Assembly: GCA_903845055.1 (NCBI GenBank)
Contig: CAIMWF010000154.1
Coordinates: 9,596 to 73,595 of the forward strand
Source: an uncultured Bacteroidales bacterium
GTDB lineage: Bacteria > Bacteroidota > Bacteroidia > Bacteroidales > FEN-979
DNA: 64,000 bases
Direction: 5' to 3'
Part shown: positions 55,339 to 64,000 of the stretch, one piece after another
Numbering within the stretch: the first letter of the stretch is position 1
Layout of the letters: every line of letters starts with the position of its first letter
Notes under the pieces: generated by a model
What the model was told of the DNA's origin: nothing
The model's input: only the letters and a program-made list of their open reading frames with translations
Database searches by the model: none
Translations under genes and position numbers: made by a program

Positions 55339-55456
55339 GGGCCGCATTTGCGATGGTAGGGCTGCATTGCAATGGTAGGGCCACATTGCGATGGTAGGGC
55401 CGCATTGCGATGGTAGGGCCGCATTGCGATGGTAGGGCCGCATTGCAATGCGGCCC
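55339..55456. repeat. 19-20-bp tandem repeat (about 5.5 units) ending in a perfect 22-bp palindrome
   Basis: GGGCCGCATTGCGATGGTA units. The last unit becomes gggccgcattgcaatgcggccc. Confidence 0.9.
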
Positions 55457-55470
55457 TACTACAAAAAAAA

Positions 55471-55504
55471 ACAGGGTCGCATTGAAATGCGACCCTGTTT
55501 TTTT
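55471..55504. terminator. Bidirectional intrinsic terminator
   Basis: A9 run, then acagggtcgcat-tgaa-atgcgaccctgt, then a T7 run. It lies between convergent argS and the BNR/PKD gene. Confidence 0.85.
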
Positions 55505-55521
55505 GGGGGTGATGTTGAACC

Positions 55522-57108
55522 CTAATTCACAACAATTTTCTTGCTGATAAATCCGTCAGCCATCTTGATCTGCAGGTTGTAAACGCCTGATTTCAGATTT
55601 GAGGTGCTGATGGTGAGGGTAGCTGCATTGCTGGTTTCATTGTAAACAACCTGTCCGACCATGTTCATGATCTTCACTTCCTGGATATTGGCTGATCCCT
55701 GGATGTTGAGGACATCTTTCACCGGGTTGGGGAACACGGTAACAGTGGCTGCTGAATGTTCGTTGATGCCGACACCACCTACATAAATATAACCGGTCTT
55801 CAGTTTCGTGGAGTTGCCCCATGAATTGGTGGCGGTGAGGGTCACGTTGTAGGTGCCGGGGGTGTTATAGACGATGGTCGGATGTTTGCTGGTAGATGTG
55901 GCAGGAGTTCCGCCCGGGCATGTCCAGGAAACAGTCGAGGTTGAGTGCACGCCTGCAGTGATGGTATAGGTAACCGAACCACCTTTGACAACTGCAACGT
56001 TGTTGGCGGTAAAGTCGCACGGTGCAAGGATGCTGTTGAATTTCGACATGCCGCCCGTGGTGGCATCGGCGTTGAATCCGCCAACCCAACCGGTTGAATC
56101 ATTTACCCAACCCATGGCAAGGTACTGTGTTCCGATGGTGGAGGCCATGTCATTCCAGGTTGCTCCATCATCAAATGAATAGGTAACGCCGTCGGCCGGG
56201 GTGGTGGCATCTGCGCCTGAAGTTACCCATGTTGTCGGGGTTCCGGGAACATAGGAAACATCGTTTGTGAATACATTGCCGGTCGTGGTGGCAGTGGTCC
56301 AGGTGGTTCCGCCATCGGTGGTCTTGGCCAGTGCGCTTGTGGCGGCTACGGTGCCAGTGCCTCTGTTGCCGCAAAAACCGTTCATGGCATCACGGAAGAA
56401 AGGCTGAACGTAAACGTTCGTCCATGCCGATCCCGGGATCTGTGCAACGGTCCAGGTGAGACCATTGTCAATTGATTTGTAAACACGTGCTTTGTTGGTG
56501 CCGAACCAGATGATGTCATTCACGACTGAAAAATATCCGATAACTCCAAATTCCCCTGAAACGGGAGCCGGGCTGTTGGTGTTGGCAGTCCAGGTTGTGC
56601 CGCCGTCGGAGGTATTGTAGATTTCAAAATGTCCGTTGATCGGGTCACCAACAGCTACGCCGAGGTTCGGGTCCCAGAAATGTACAAAATCGGCAAAGGA
56701 TGATGCATTGGTAAAGAGAGCGGTTGTCTGGTGCACCCATGTAACACCACCATCAGTGGTATGGTAAATGCCCTGGCCGGTGGTGGTTGCTGCAGGCGGG
56801 TACATGCAGGTCCACGCTTTCATGTTATCAACCGCAACGATGTTTGCAATGTCAAGGTTCGTAATGCCGGGGATGGTGTGTGCGGTCCATAAGGTTCCGC
56901 CATTGATCGTCTTGGTGATGTCCTGGACAGGAGCATTTGAACCGCTTCCGTCATAGGCTGCCGCCCAGGCAACCTGGCTGCTTACTGCATTGATGTTCCT
57001 GATTCCGCGGCTAGCTGCGCTGAATCCTGACGCCTGGTCAATCCACTGGGCATTAACGGCCAGGGTGAGAGCCATGATGGCGACGAATGATAGTAAAATT
57101 TTCTTCAT
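55522..57108 (-). CDS. BNR/Asp-box repeat + PKD-like domain protein with T9SS C-terminal sorting domain
   Basis: Signal peptide ...LAVNAQ. Six xxDGGxTW motifs and a PKD-like segment. The C-terminus VFPNPVKDVLNIQ...GVYNLQIK is a T9SS CTD. Confidence 0.8.
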   Translation of the reverse strand: MKKILLSFVAIMALTLAVNAQWIDQASGFSAASRGIRNINAVSSQVAWAAAYDGSGSNAPVQDITKTINGGTLWTAHTIPGITNLDIANIVAVDNMKAWTCMYPPAATTTGQGIYHTTDGGVTWVHQTTALFTNASSFADFVHFWDPNLGVAVGDPINGHFEIYNTSDGGTTWTANTNSPAPVSGEFGVIGYFSVVNDIIWFGTNKARVYKSIDNGLTWTVAQIPGSAWTNVYVQPFFRDAMNGFCGNRGTGTVAATSALAKTTDGGTTWTTATTTGNVFTNDVSYVPGTPTTWVTSGADATTPADGVTYSFDDGATWNDMASTIGTQYLAMGWVNDSTGWVGGFNADATTGGMSKFNSILAPCDFTANNVAVVKGGSVTYTITAGVHSTSTVSWTCPGGTPATSTSKHPTIVYNTPGTYNVTLTATNSWGNSTKLKTGYIYVGGVGINEHSAATVTVFPNPVKDVLNIQGSANIQEVKIMNMVGQVVYNETSNAATLTISTSNLKSGVYNLQIKMADGFISKKIVVN

Positions 57109-57267
57109 AGTTGATTTTTTTTGATTGATTTTGAATATTTATACAAAACTACGAAGTTTTTTTATGTGTCATCAGGTTTTAATGAAAAAAAATCATGTAA
57201 AAATTCAAATAGCGGGAACCTGCTTTCATTCGCTTCAGGAGGTTATTGTTCATTCGTCATTATTTGC

Positions 57268-57275
57268 TAATTTTG
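57268..57275 (+). promoter_or_regulatory. -7 box TAATTTTG upstream of ffh
   Basis: TAnnTTTG 62 nt upstream of the ATG at 57337. Confidence 0.45.
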
Positions 57276-57336
57276 CAAATTCAGCCCGGCTGAAGAAAGG
57301 TATTATTAATTAGGAATATAAATAAAGCGGTTTACC

Positions 57337-58674
57337 ATGTTTGAAGGTTTAAGTGACAAATTAGACAGGGCTTTTAAGGTTTTAAAGGGACACGGGCACA
57401 TTACCGAGATCAATGTCGCTGAAACACTGAAGGATGTCAGGAAGGCGCTGCTCGATGCCGATGTGAGTTTCAAGATTGCAAAACAGTTTACCGACCAGGT
57501 TAAGGAAAAGGCGCTGGGTGAGAATGTTCTCACGGCTGTTTCACCCGGCCAGCTGATGGTGAAAATTGTTCACGACGAGCTGACCTCGCTGATGGGAGGC
57601 CAGAAAACCGAACTGAACCTGAAAAACGATCTTTCCGTCATCCTGGTCGCAGGGCTGCAGGGTTCCGGTAAAACCACCTTTTCTGCAAAACTGGCGAATT
57701 ACCTGAAGACCAAAAAGGGCAAAAGGCCGCTGCTTGTGGCGTGCGACGTTTACCGCCCGGCTGCCATCGAACAGCTGAAGGTCCTGGGTCAGCAGATCGA
57801 GGTAGAGGTGTATTCCGAAGATGCGGCGAACGACCCGGTCAAAATCGCCAAACGGGCCCTTGCCTATGCGAAGGAAAAGGCATTCAACGTGCTGATAGTC
57901 GATACTGCCGGACGTCTTGCGATCGACGAGCAGATGATGGATGAGATTGCCAATATCAAATCGACCCTCAACCCGCAGGAGACCCTCTTCGTGGTTGATT
58001 CAATGACCGGGCAGGACGCGGTGAATACGGCAAAAGCATTCAACGATCGCCTTGATTATGAGGGCGTGGTTCTTACAAAACTGGATGGGGACACCCGTGG
58101 CGGTGCAGCACTCAGTATCAAGTCGGTCGTCAACAAACCCATCAAGTTCGTCGGGCTGGGTGAAAAAATGGATGCGATCGATATCTTCTACCCCGAACGT
58201 ATGGCTGACCGCATTCTTGGGATGGGCGACATTGTATCGCTGGTTGAAAAGGCCCAGGAGCAGTTCGACGAGGAGGAGGCGCAGAAGCTTCAGAAAAAGA
58301 TCGCCCGCAACCTGTTTGATTTCAACGATTTCCTGGCCCAGATCAAACAGATCAAAAAGATGGGCAACGTGAAGGATCTGCTGGGGATGATCCCTGGGAT
58401 GGGCAAGGCGATCAGGAACCTTGAGATTGACGATAATGCCTTCAAGGGAATCGAAGCCATCATCCACTCGATGACCCCGCAGGAACGCGTCAACCCGGCC
58501 GTGCTGAACGGGAACCGAAGGAAAAGAATTGCGGCCGGCTCGGGAACGACCATCCAGGAGGTGAACCGGTTGATCAAACAATTTGACGATACACGAAAGA
58601 TGATGAAGATGGTCACCGCAAACAAGGGCAAGAACATGTCCAATGTGATGCGGAACATGAAGAATATGAACTAA
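57337..58674 (+). CDS. ffh: Signal recognition particle protein Ffh
   Basis: GLQGSGKTT, DTAGR, TKLDGD and a Met-rich M domain. Confidence 0.97.
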   Translation: MFEGLSDKLDRAFKVLKGHGHITEINVAETLKDVRKALLDADVSFKIAKQFTDQVKEKALGENVLTAVSPGQLMVKIVHDELTSLMGGQKTELNLKNDLSVILVAGLQGSGKTTFSAKLANYLKTKKGKRPLLVACDVYRPAAIEQLKVLGQQIEVEVYSEDAANDPVKIAKRALAYAKEKAFNVLIVDTAGRLAIDEQMMDEIANIKSTLNPQETLFVVDSMTGQDAVNTAKAFNDRLDYEGVVLTKLDGDTRGGAALSIKSVVNKPIKFVGLGEKMDAIDIFYPERMADRILGMGDIVSLVEKAQEQFDEEEAQKLQKKIARNLFDFNDFLAQIKQIKKMGNVKDLLGMIPGMGKAIRNLEIDDNAFKGIEAIIHSMTPQERVNPAVLNGNRRKRIAAGSGTTIQEVNRLIKQFDDTRKMMKMVTANKGKNMSNVMRNMKNMN

Positions 58675-58687
58675 CCGGGAGTTGAAC

Positions 58688-59569
58688 ATGAAGCTGCTTG
58701 ATGGCAAATTGATTGCCGACCAGATTAAAACTGAAATTGCGAAAGAGGTCAGGGAACAGTTCATTGACAAAGGGCTTGAAGCCCCGCACCTCGCCGCGGT
58801 CCTGGTGGGGGAGGATCCTGCCAGTGTGACCTATGTTACGGCCAAGGAAAAGGCATGCGCCGAGGTTGGCTTTATCTCATCGGTGTACCGTTATCCCGCT
58901 AATATTTCCGAAGATAAACTCTTGGAAGTCATTGATTTTCTGAATGCAGATCCCGAAATTGACGGGTTCATCGTCCAGGTGCCGCTACCCGGTCATATCG
59001 ACGAACAAAAGATCATTGCCCGGATCGACCCCCGGAAAGACATCGACGGGTTTCACCCCGTAAACATCGGGAAGATGGTGCTGAACCAGCCCTGTTTCGT
59101 TTCGGCGACACCCATGGGGATCATGACCCTGCTCGAAAGATACAATATAGATGTTACCGGAAAGAACTGCGTGGTGCTGGGACGGAGTCACAACGTCGGT
59201 ACACCTGTCAGCATCCTTCTTTCCAGGAAATCAAAATCCGGCAACGGTACGGTTACACTTTGTCACAGCCATACCGTAAATATTAAAAGTATTGCCTCCG
59301 CCGCCGACATCCTGGTGGTGGCGATGGGAAAACTTGGTTTTGTAACGGCCGATATGGTCAAACAGGGCGCCGTGGTGATCGATGTGGGGATTCACCGGGT
59401 ACCCGCCACCGACACAAAATCGGGATTCAGGCTGAAGGGCGATGTGAAATTTGACGAAGTCTCGCGCAAATGCAGCTACATTACACCGGTTCCCGGCGGA
59501 GTGGGGCTGATGACGATTGTTTCGCTGTTGCAGAATACCCTGAAGGCCGCAAAAAAGGAGATCCGGTGA
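58688..59569 (+). CDS. folD: Bifunctional methylenetetrahydrofolate dehydrogenase/cyclohydrolase
   Basis: MKLLDGK...YV..K.KA....G... GRS..VG.P...LL and PVPGGVGLMT. Confidence 0.95.
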   Translation: MKLLDGKLIADQIKTEIAKEVREQFIDKGLEAPHLAAVLVGEDPASVTYVTAKEKACAEVGFISSVYRYPANISEDKLLEVIDFLNADPEIDGFIVQVPLPGHIDEQKIIARIDPRKDIDGFHPVNIGKMVLNQPCFVSATPMGIMTLLERYNIDVTGKNCVVLGRSHNVGTPVSILLSRKSKSGNGTVTLCHSHTVNIKSIASAADILVVAMGKLGFVTADMVKQGAVVIDVGIHRVPATDTKSGFRLKGDVKFDEVSRKCSYITPVPGGVGLMTIVSLLQNTLKAAKKEIR

Positions 59570-60207
59570 ACCTCCGGGAACCATCGGCGGACCAGTTGTT
59601 GCAGGAGGGAAAACTGCTCCCTGTCATGGAAGAATTTTACACCCTGCAGGGAGAGGGTTTCAACACCGGCCAGGCGGCCTATTTTATCCGTGTGGGCGGG
59701 TGCGACGTGGGATGCAAATGGTGCGATGTAAAAGAATCATGGAACTCCTCCGATTTCCCCCCGGTTCCGACCGATGGTGTTATCAGGAATGCAGTCTCAT
59801 ACCCGGCCAGGGCCATCGTGGTTACAGGCGGCGAACCCCTGCTCTATAATATGGACTACCTCTGCACGGAACTGCACCTGCAACAGGTTAGAATTTTCCT
59901 CGAAACCTCAGGTTCCCAGCCATTCAGCGGTTCGTGGGATTGGATATGCCTTTCACCCAAGCGGGATGCCCCCCCGCTCGAAGAGATGATAAAACTGGCG
60001 GATGAGCTCAAGGTGATCATCCATGATGAAACCGATTTTAAATGGGCCGAAGAAAATGCGCAAAGGGTTTCGCCGGCCTGTATCCTTTACCTGCAGCCGG
60101 AATGGAGCCGGCGGGAAAGGATGATGCCGGCGATCGTCGCCTGGATCAAGGCAAACCCTCAATGGCGTGTTTCACTGCAGAGTCACAAATACATGCACAT
60201 TCCATGA
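59566..60207 (+). CDS. queE: 7-carboxy-7-deazaguanine synthase (radical SAM)
   Basis: EEFYTLQGEGFNTG and GGCDVGCKWCD (CxxxCxxC). The GTG start overlaps the folD stop (GTGA). Confidence 0.88.
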   Translation: MNLREPSADQLLQEGKLLPVMEEFYTLQGEGFNTGQAAYFIRVGGCDVGCKWCDVKESWNSSDFPPVPTDGVIRNAVSYPARAIVVTGGEPLLYNMDYLCTELHLQQVRIFLETSGSQPFSGSWDWICLSPKRDAPPLEEMIKLADELKVIIHDETDFKWAEENAQRVSPACILYLQPEWSRRERMMPAIVAWIKANPQWRVSLQSHKYMHIP

Positions 60208-62150
60208 TGTCAGGACGTTTATTTTTCGCCACCCTGCTGCTGACGTTTTCCTGGCTGGCCGTCTTTCCGCAGGGAAACCGCCTGGCGACCCAGAATAAAA
60301 AGGCGGAAAAATTGTTTTACCAGGCGCTTGATTTCTACCAGGCGAAAAACTACGAAAACGCCCTCTCCGATCTGCGCAGGGCCACCGAACAGGACCCGGC
60401 CTTTACCGAGGCCTATATCCTCCAGGGCGACATTCATGCCGATACCCGTGAGTTCGACCAGGCCATCGACTTTTACCTGAAGGCAATCAGGACCAACAAC
60501 CCCTTCTCACCGAATCTCTATTTCATCCTGGCGAACATGCAGCTGAATACGGGCAGGTATGGCGATGCAAAACTTAACTACCAGCGGTTTCTGGAATTTG
60601 AAGGGATACCCGACCCGAAGCGGCAGCAGGCCCGGAACGGGATCAGGAACTGCAGCTTCGGGATGTGGTACCTGGACCACCCGGTGCCTTTTTCACCCGT
60701 CAACCTTGGCGACAGCATCAACACAAAATATGATGAATACATCAATGCCATCACGGCCGACGGGGAACGGCTCTATTTTACGCGGCTGAACCCGGTGAAT
60801 GCACAAACCATCGACCAGAACCAGAACGGGGAGGAAGATTTTTACGTATCCCACAGCATCGATACCCTTTGGTCGCTGGCTGAAAACCTTGGCCCACCCA
60901 TAAATACCCATGGAAACGAAGGAGCCATCAGCATCTCCCCCGACGGCAAACTGTTGTTTTTCGCAGCCTGCAATCGTCCCGACGGGTACGGCAGGTGTGA
61001 TATCTACTGGTCGCATCGCACCGGCGACCGGTGGGGAGAGCCTGAAAACCTCGGGGAGGTGGTGAATTCGCCGCAATGGGATTCACAACCCTCTTTTTCA
61101 TCCGACGGGAAGACCCTCTATTTTGCAAGCAACCGCCCGGGCGGGAAAGGGGCGTCCGACATCTGGAAGACCATCCTGCAGGCCGACGGACAATGGACGC
61201 CCCCGGTGAACCTGGGCGATTCGATCAACACACGTGAAGAGGAGATGGCGCCGTTCATCCATCCTGACGATCAGACCCTGTACTTTTCATCCCGTGGCCA
61301 TCCCGGAATGGGTGGGCTCGACCTGTTTTATTCCAGGAAGGATGTCAACGGTGGCTGGAGAAAGCCGGTCAACCTGGGTTATCCCATCAACACCTGTGCC
61401 GACGAGATCACGCTGGTGGTCAACGCCAGAGGGAACATGGCCTACATCTCCTCCGACAAACTCGGCGGCAAAGGCAGGCAGGATATTTACAAATTCCCGC
61501 TTTACAGGGAGGCGCAGCCGATGCTTACCACCTATTTCAAGGGGATCGTATACGACGAGGAGACCAGGGCAAAACTGGAAGCCCGTTTTGAACTGGTCGA
61601 CCTGGGAAACTCCAAAATGGTTGCCGAATCGCGTTCCGACAGAATTACCGGGGAGTTCCTGCTTGCCCTGCCCACCGAGCGGAACTATGCCCTCAATGTT
61701 TCGAGGGATGGCTACCTGTTCTATTCCGACAATTTTTCACTCACCGGCTACAATCCCCAGGATAAACCCTTGATCAAGAATATACCCCTGAAACCGATCA
61801 GGATCGGGGAGGCGGTCATCCTGAAAAACATCTTTTTTGATACGGATAAATTTATCCTGAAGGATGAATCACTGGTCGAACTGCAAAAGCTGCTCGCCCT
61901 GCTCCAGAAAAATCACGGTTTGAAAATTGAGATCAGCGGTCATACCGACAATATCGGTTCGGAGGCCCATAACCTGGAACTTTCGGGAAACCGCGCCATT
62001 GCCGTTTACCAGTATCTGCTGCAACATGGCATCTCCGCCGGAAGGCTTTCGCACGCGGGTTACGGGTTCAGTCAGCCTATCGATGTCAACACCACCGAAC
62101 AGGGCCGCGCAAATAATCGCCGTACCGAGTTTAAAGTAATTGGTAATTAA
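60204..62150 (+). CDS. OmpA-family protein with TPR and TolB-like beta-propeller repeats
   Basis: Signal peptide MMSGRLFFATLLLTF. TPR segment, repeated WD40-like PD40 motifs, and a C-terminal OmpA domain GHTDNIGS...NRRTEF. The ATG overlaps the queE stop (ATGA). Confidence 0.85.
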   Translation: MMSGRLFFATLLLTFSWLAVFPQGNRLATQNKKAEKLFYQALDFYQAKNYENALSDLRRATEQDPAFTEAYILQGDIHADTREFDQAIDFYLKAIRTNNPFSPNLYFILANMQLNTGRYGDAKLNYQRFLEFEGIPDPKRQQARNGIRNCSFGMWYLDHPVPFSPVNLGDSINTKYDEYINAITADGERLYFTRLNPVNAQTIDQNQNGEEDFYVSHSIDTLWSLAENLGPPINTHGNEGAISISPDGKLLFFAACNRPDGYGRCDIYWSHRTGDRWGEPENLGEVVNSPQWDSQPSFSSDGKTLYFASNRPGGKGASDIWKTILQADGQWTPPVNLGDSINTREEEMAPFIHPDDQTLYFSSRGHPGMGGLDLFYSRKDVNGGWRKPVNLGYPINTCADEITLVVNARGNMAYISSDKLGGKGRQDIYKFPLYREAQPMLTTYFKGIVYDEETRAKLEARFELVDLGNSKMVAESRSDRITGEFLLALPTERNYALNVSRDGYLFYSDNFSLTGYNPQDKPLIKNIPLKPIRIGEAVILKNIFFDTDKFILKDESLVELQKLLALLQKNHGLKIEISGHTDNIGSEAHNLELSGNRAIAVYQYLLQHGISAGRLSHAGYGFSQPIDVNTTEQGRANNRRTEFKVIGN

Positions 62151-62161
62151 ATTAAAATTTG

Positions 62162-62169
62162 TACCTTTG
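62162..62169 (+). promoter_or_regulatory. -7 box TACCTTTG upstream of thrS
   Basis: TAnnTTTG 27 nt upstream of the ATG at 62196. Confidence 0.5.
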
Positions 62170-62195
62170 CACCCCTTAAAATCTTCCATTGATAT

Positions 62196-64000
62196 ATGAT
62201 AAATATTACATTACCCGATAATACGGTTCGTCAGTATCCGGAAGGCGTTACAGGTGTTGATATTGCCAAAAGCATCAGTGAGGGTCTTGCACGGAATGTA
62301 CTATCCATCCAGGTTGATGGTCATGTGATGGATGCAACCCGCTCAATTACAGCGGATGCCCGCATCAGGCTGCTCACATGGAGCGACCTGGAGGGGAAAG
62401 CTACCCTGTGGCATTCATCGGCCCACCTCATGGCAGAAGCCATCGAAATTCTCTATCCCGGTGTTAAATTCGGGATCGGTCCCGATATTGAAAACGGTTT
62501 TTACTACGATATTGATTTTGGCGACCAGGCCATCTCTTCGGATGATTTTCCGAAAATCGAAAAAAAGATCCTTGAATTAGCGAAGGAAAAGCAGGTATTT
62601 ATCCGCAAGGATATTTCGAAGAGCGAAGCCATCAGTTACTTCACCAAAAAGGGTGACGAATATAAAATTGAATTGCTCGAGGGACTCGAGGATGGCCAGA
62701 TCACCTTTTACGAATCGGGCAGGTTCACCGACCTTTGCCGTGGTCCCCATGTCCCGGATACTGCCCTGATCAAGGCTGTGAAACTCCTCAGCATCGCCGG
62801 TGCTTACTGGCGCGGGGATGAAAAACGCAAACAGCTGACCCGTATTTACGGGATTACCTTTACGAAGCAGAAGGAACTCGACGATTACCTGGTATTCCTT
62901 GAAGAGGCCAAAAAACGCGATCACCGCAAGCTTGGCAAGGAACTTGAATTGTTTGCCTTTTCGCAGAAGGTCGGGCTTGGTCTTCCCCTCTGGCTCCCGC
63001 GCGGCGCCCAGCTGCGCGAGCGGCTCGAAATGTTCCTCAAAAAGGTTCAGAAGAGAGGCGGGTACCAACAGGTGATCTGTCCGCACATCGGGAACGTGGA
63101 ATTATATAAAACTTCGGGACATTACCAGAAGTACGGTGAAAGCTCCTTCCGGCCGATCACGACTCCCGTCGAAGGAGAGGAGTTCTTCCTGAAACCGATG
63201 AACTGTCCCCACCATTGTGAGATTTACAAGACCAAGCCGAGGTCCTATCGCGATCTGCCTGTTCGCATCGCCGAATTCGGAACCGTTTACCGGTACGAAC
63301 AAAGCGGAGAACTTCACGGGTTGACCCGTGTGCGCGGCTTTACCCAGGATGACGCCCATATTTTCTGCACCCCCGAACAGGTCAAGGATGAGTTCAAGGG
63401 CGTGATGGATATCGTGATGCTTATTTTCAAGGCTTTGGATTTCAAGGAATTCATCGTTCAGATATCGTTACGCGACCCCGAAAACAAGGATAAGTACATC
63501 GGATCGGATGAAAACTGGGAAAAGGCCGAACGTGCCATCCGCGAAGTTGCGGAGGAGCAGGGGCTGAATACGGTCATCGAGCTTGGCGAAGCGGCCTTCT
63601 ATGGACCCAAGATGGATTTCATGGTCAAGGACGCGCTGGGCAGGAAATGGCAGTTGGGTACCATCCAGGTCGACTATAATCTGCCTGAACGGTTTGAACT
63701 TGAATATATTGGCAACGACAACCAGAAACACCGCCCCGTAATGATCCATCGTGCACCTTTTGGTTCGATGGAACGGTTCGTGGCTGTCCTGCTTGAACAT
63801 ACCGCCGGCAATTTCCCGCTGTGGCTTGCCCCTGATCAGGCTATTGTATTGCCAATCAGTGAGAAATATCAGGATTATGCAAAAAAAGTGTTAACTTTGC
63901 TCAATAATTCCGACATTCGCGCCTCCGTTGACGACCGTAATGAGAAGGCCGGCAAGAAGATCCGCGATGCCGAACTGATGAAGATTCCCTTCATGCTGGT
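62196..64000 (+). CDS. thrS: Threonine--tRNA ligase, N-terminal ~600 aa (continues beyond window end)
   Basis: My translation from the ATG at 62196 reads [34 protein letters not shown]... (TGS domain), and later ...[29 protein letters not shown]... The frame is open to the window end, so it is absent from the ORF track. Confidence 0.95.
   Translation, partial: MINITLPDNTVRQYPEGVTGVDIAKSISEGLARNVLSIQVDGHVMDATRSITADARIRLLTWSDLEGKATLWHSSAHLMAEAIEILYPGVKFGIGPDIENGFYYDIDFGDQAISSDDFPKIEKKILELAKEKQVFIRKDISKSEAISYFTKKGDEYKIELLEGLEDGQITFYESGRFTDLCRGPHVPDTALIKAVKLLSIAGAYWRGDEKRKQLTRIYGITFTKQKELDDYLVFLEEAKKRDHRKLGKELELFAFSQKVGLGLPLWLPRGAQLRERLEMFLKKVQKRGGYQQVICPHIGNVELYKTSGHYQKYGESSFRPITTPVEGEEFFLKPMNCPHHCEIYKTKPRSYRDLPVRIAEFGTVYRYEQSGELHGLTRVRGFTQDDAHIFCTPEQVKDEFKGVMDIVMLIFKALDFKEFIVQISLRDPENKDKYIGSDENWEKAERAIREVAEEQGLNTVIELGEAAFYGPKMDFMVKDALGRKWQLGTIQVDYNLPERFELEYIGNDNQKHRPVMIHRAPFGSMERFVAVLLEHTAGNFPLWLAPDQAIVLPISEKYQDYAKKVLTLLNNSDIRASVDDRNEKAGKKIRDAELMKIPFML

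Noticed and set aside
55339-55456. Possible CRISPR or coding repeat (minus-frame peptide MRPYHRNAALPSQCGPTIA...)
   Set aside because: The 19-bp units are contiguous without spacers. A 19-bp period is not a multiple of 3, so no consistent reading frame is maintained.
60042-60203. Upstream extension of the OmpA-family ORF, plus the extensions 59470-59565 (queE) and 5559-5765 (DUF721)
   Set aside because: The extensions overlap the preceding genes in another frame and precede clear signal-peptide or conserved N-termini. Downstream starts with ATGA/GTGA coupling are far more plausible.
62150-62196. Possible T-box or leader regulating thrS; likewise upstream of argS
   Set aside because: The leaders are only ~27 and ~22 nt after the TAnnTTTG box, too short for a T-box. 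No specifier or antiterminator structure is visible.

Overview
The window reads as a chromosomal segment from a Bacteroidota bacterium. Three things support this. TAnnTTTG-type -7 boxes sit in front of many genes and tRNAs. Two proteins carry T9SS C-terminal sorting domains, and there is a PorQ-like gene. There is a TonB-dependent receptor and several Bacteroidota-typical DUF proteins. The phylum call is inference only.

Most of the window is densely packed housekeeping genes: parAB, nusB, ispH, recF, tig-clpP-clpX, tpx, smpB, aroQ, pyrBI, argS, ffh, folD, queE and thrS. There are four tRNAs: Leu-TAG, His-GTG, Ser-TGA and Ser-CGA. I recognised one structured cis-regulatory RNA, a TPP riboswitch in front of a TonB-dependent receptor. 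I found no rRNA, CRISPR array, integrase or transposase.

The least ordinary region runs from about 28.5 to 43 kb.
- An AT-richer block begins right after tRNA-Ser(TGA). It carries two orphan histidine kinases.
- The same block holds a tightly coupled four-gene TelA / XpaC-like / PBP / PBP-vWA envelope operon. This is my best candidate for an uncharacterised system.
- Next come a 3'-truncated cstA and a BNR-repeat T9SS cargo gene with a stop codon inside its signal peptide.
- After tRNA-Ser(CGA) there is an 840-bp non-coding patchwork of at least seven different short tandem repeats.

Across the whole window, intergenic gaps are repeatedly filled with tandem repeats of 7-bp period (also 21 bp). 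A REP-like hairpin element occurs at two loci. All functional calls come from motif recognition in the supplied translations; no database search was possible.
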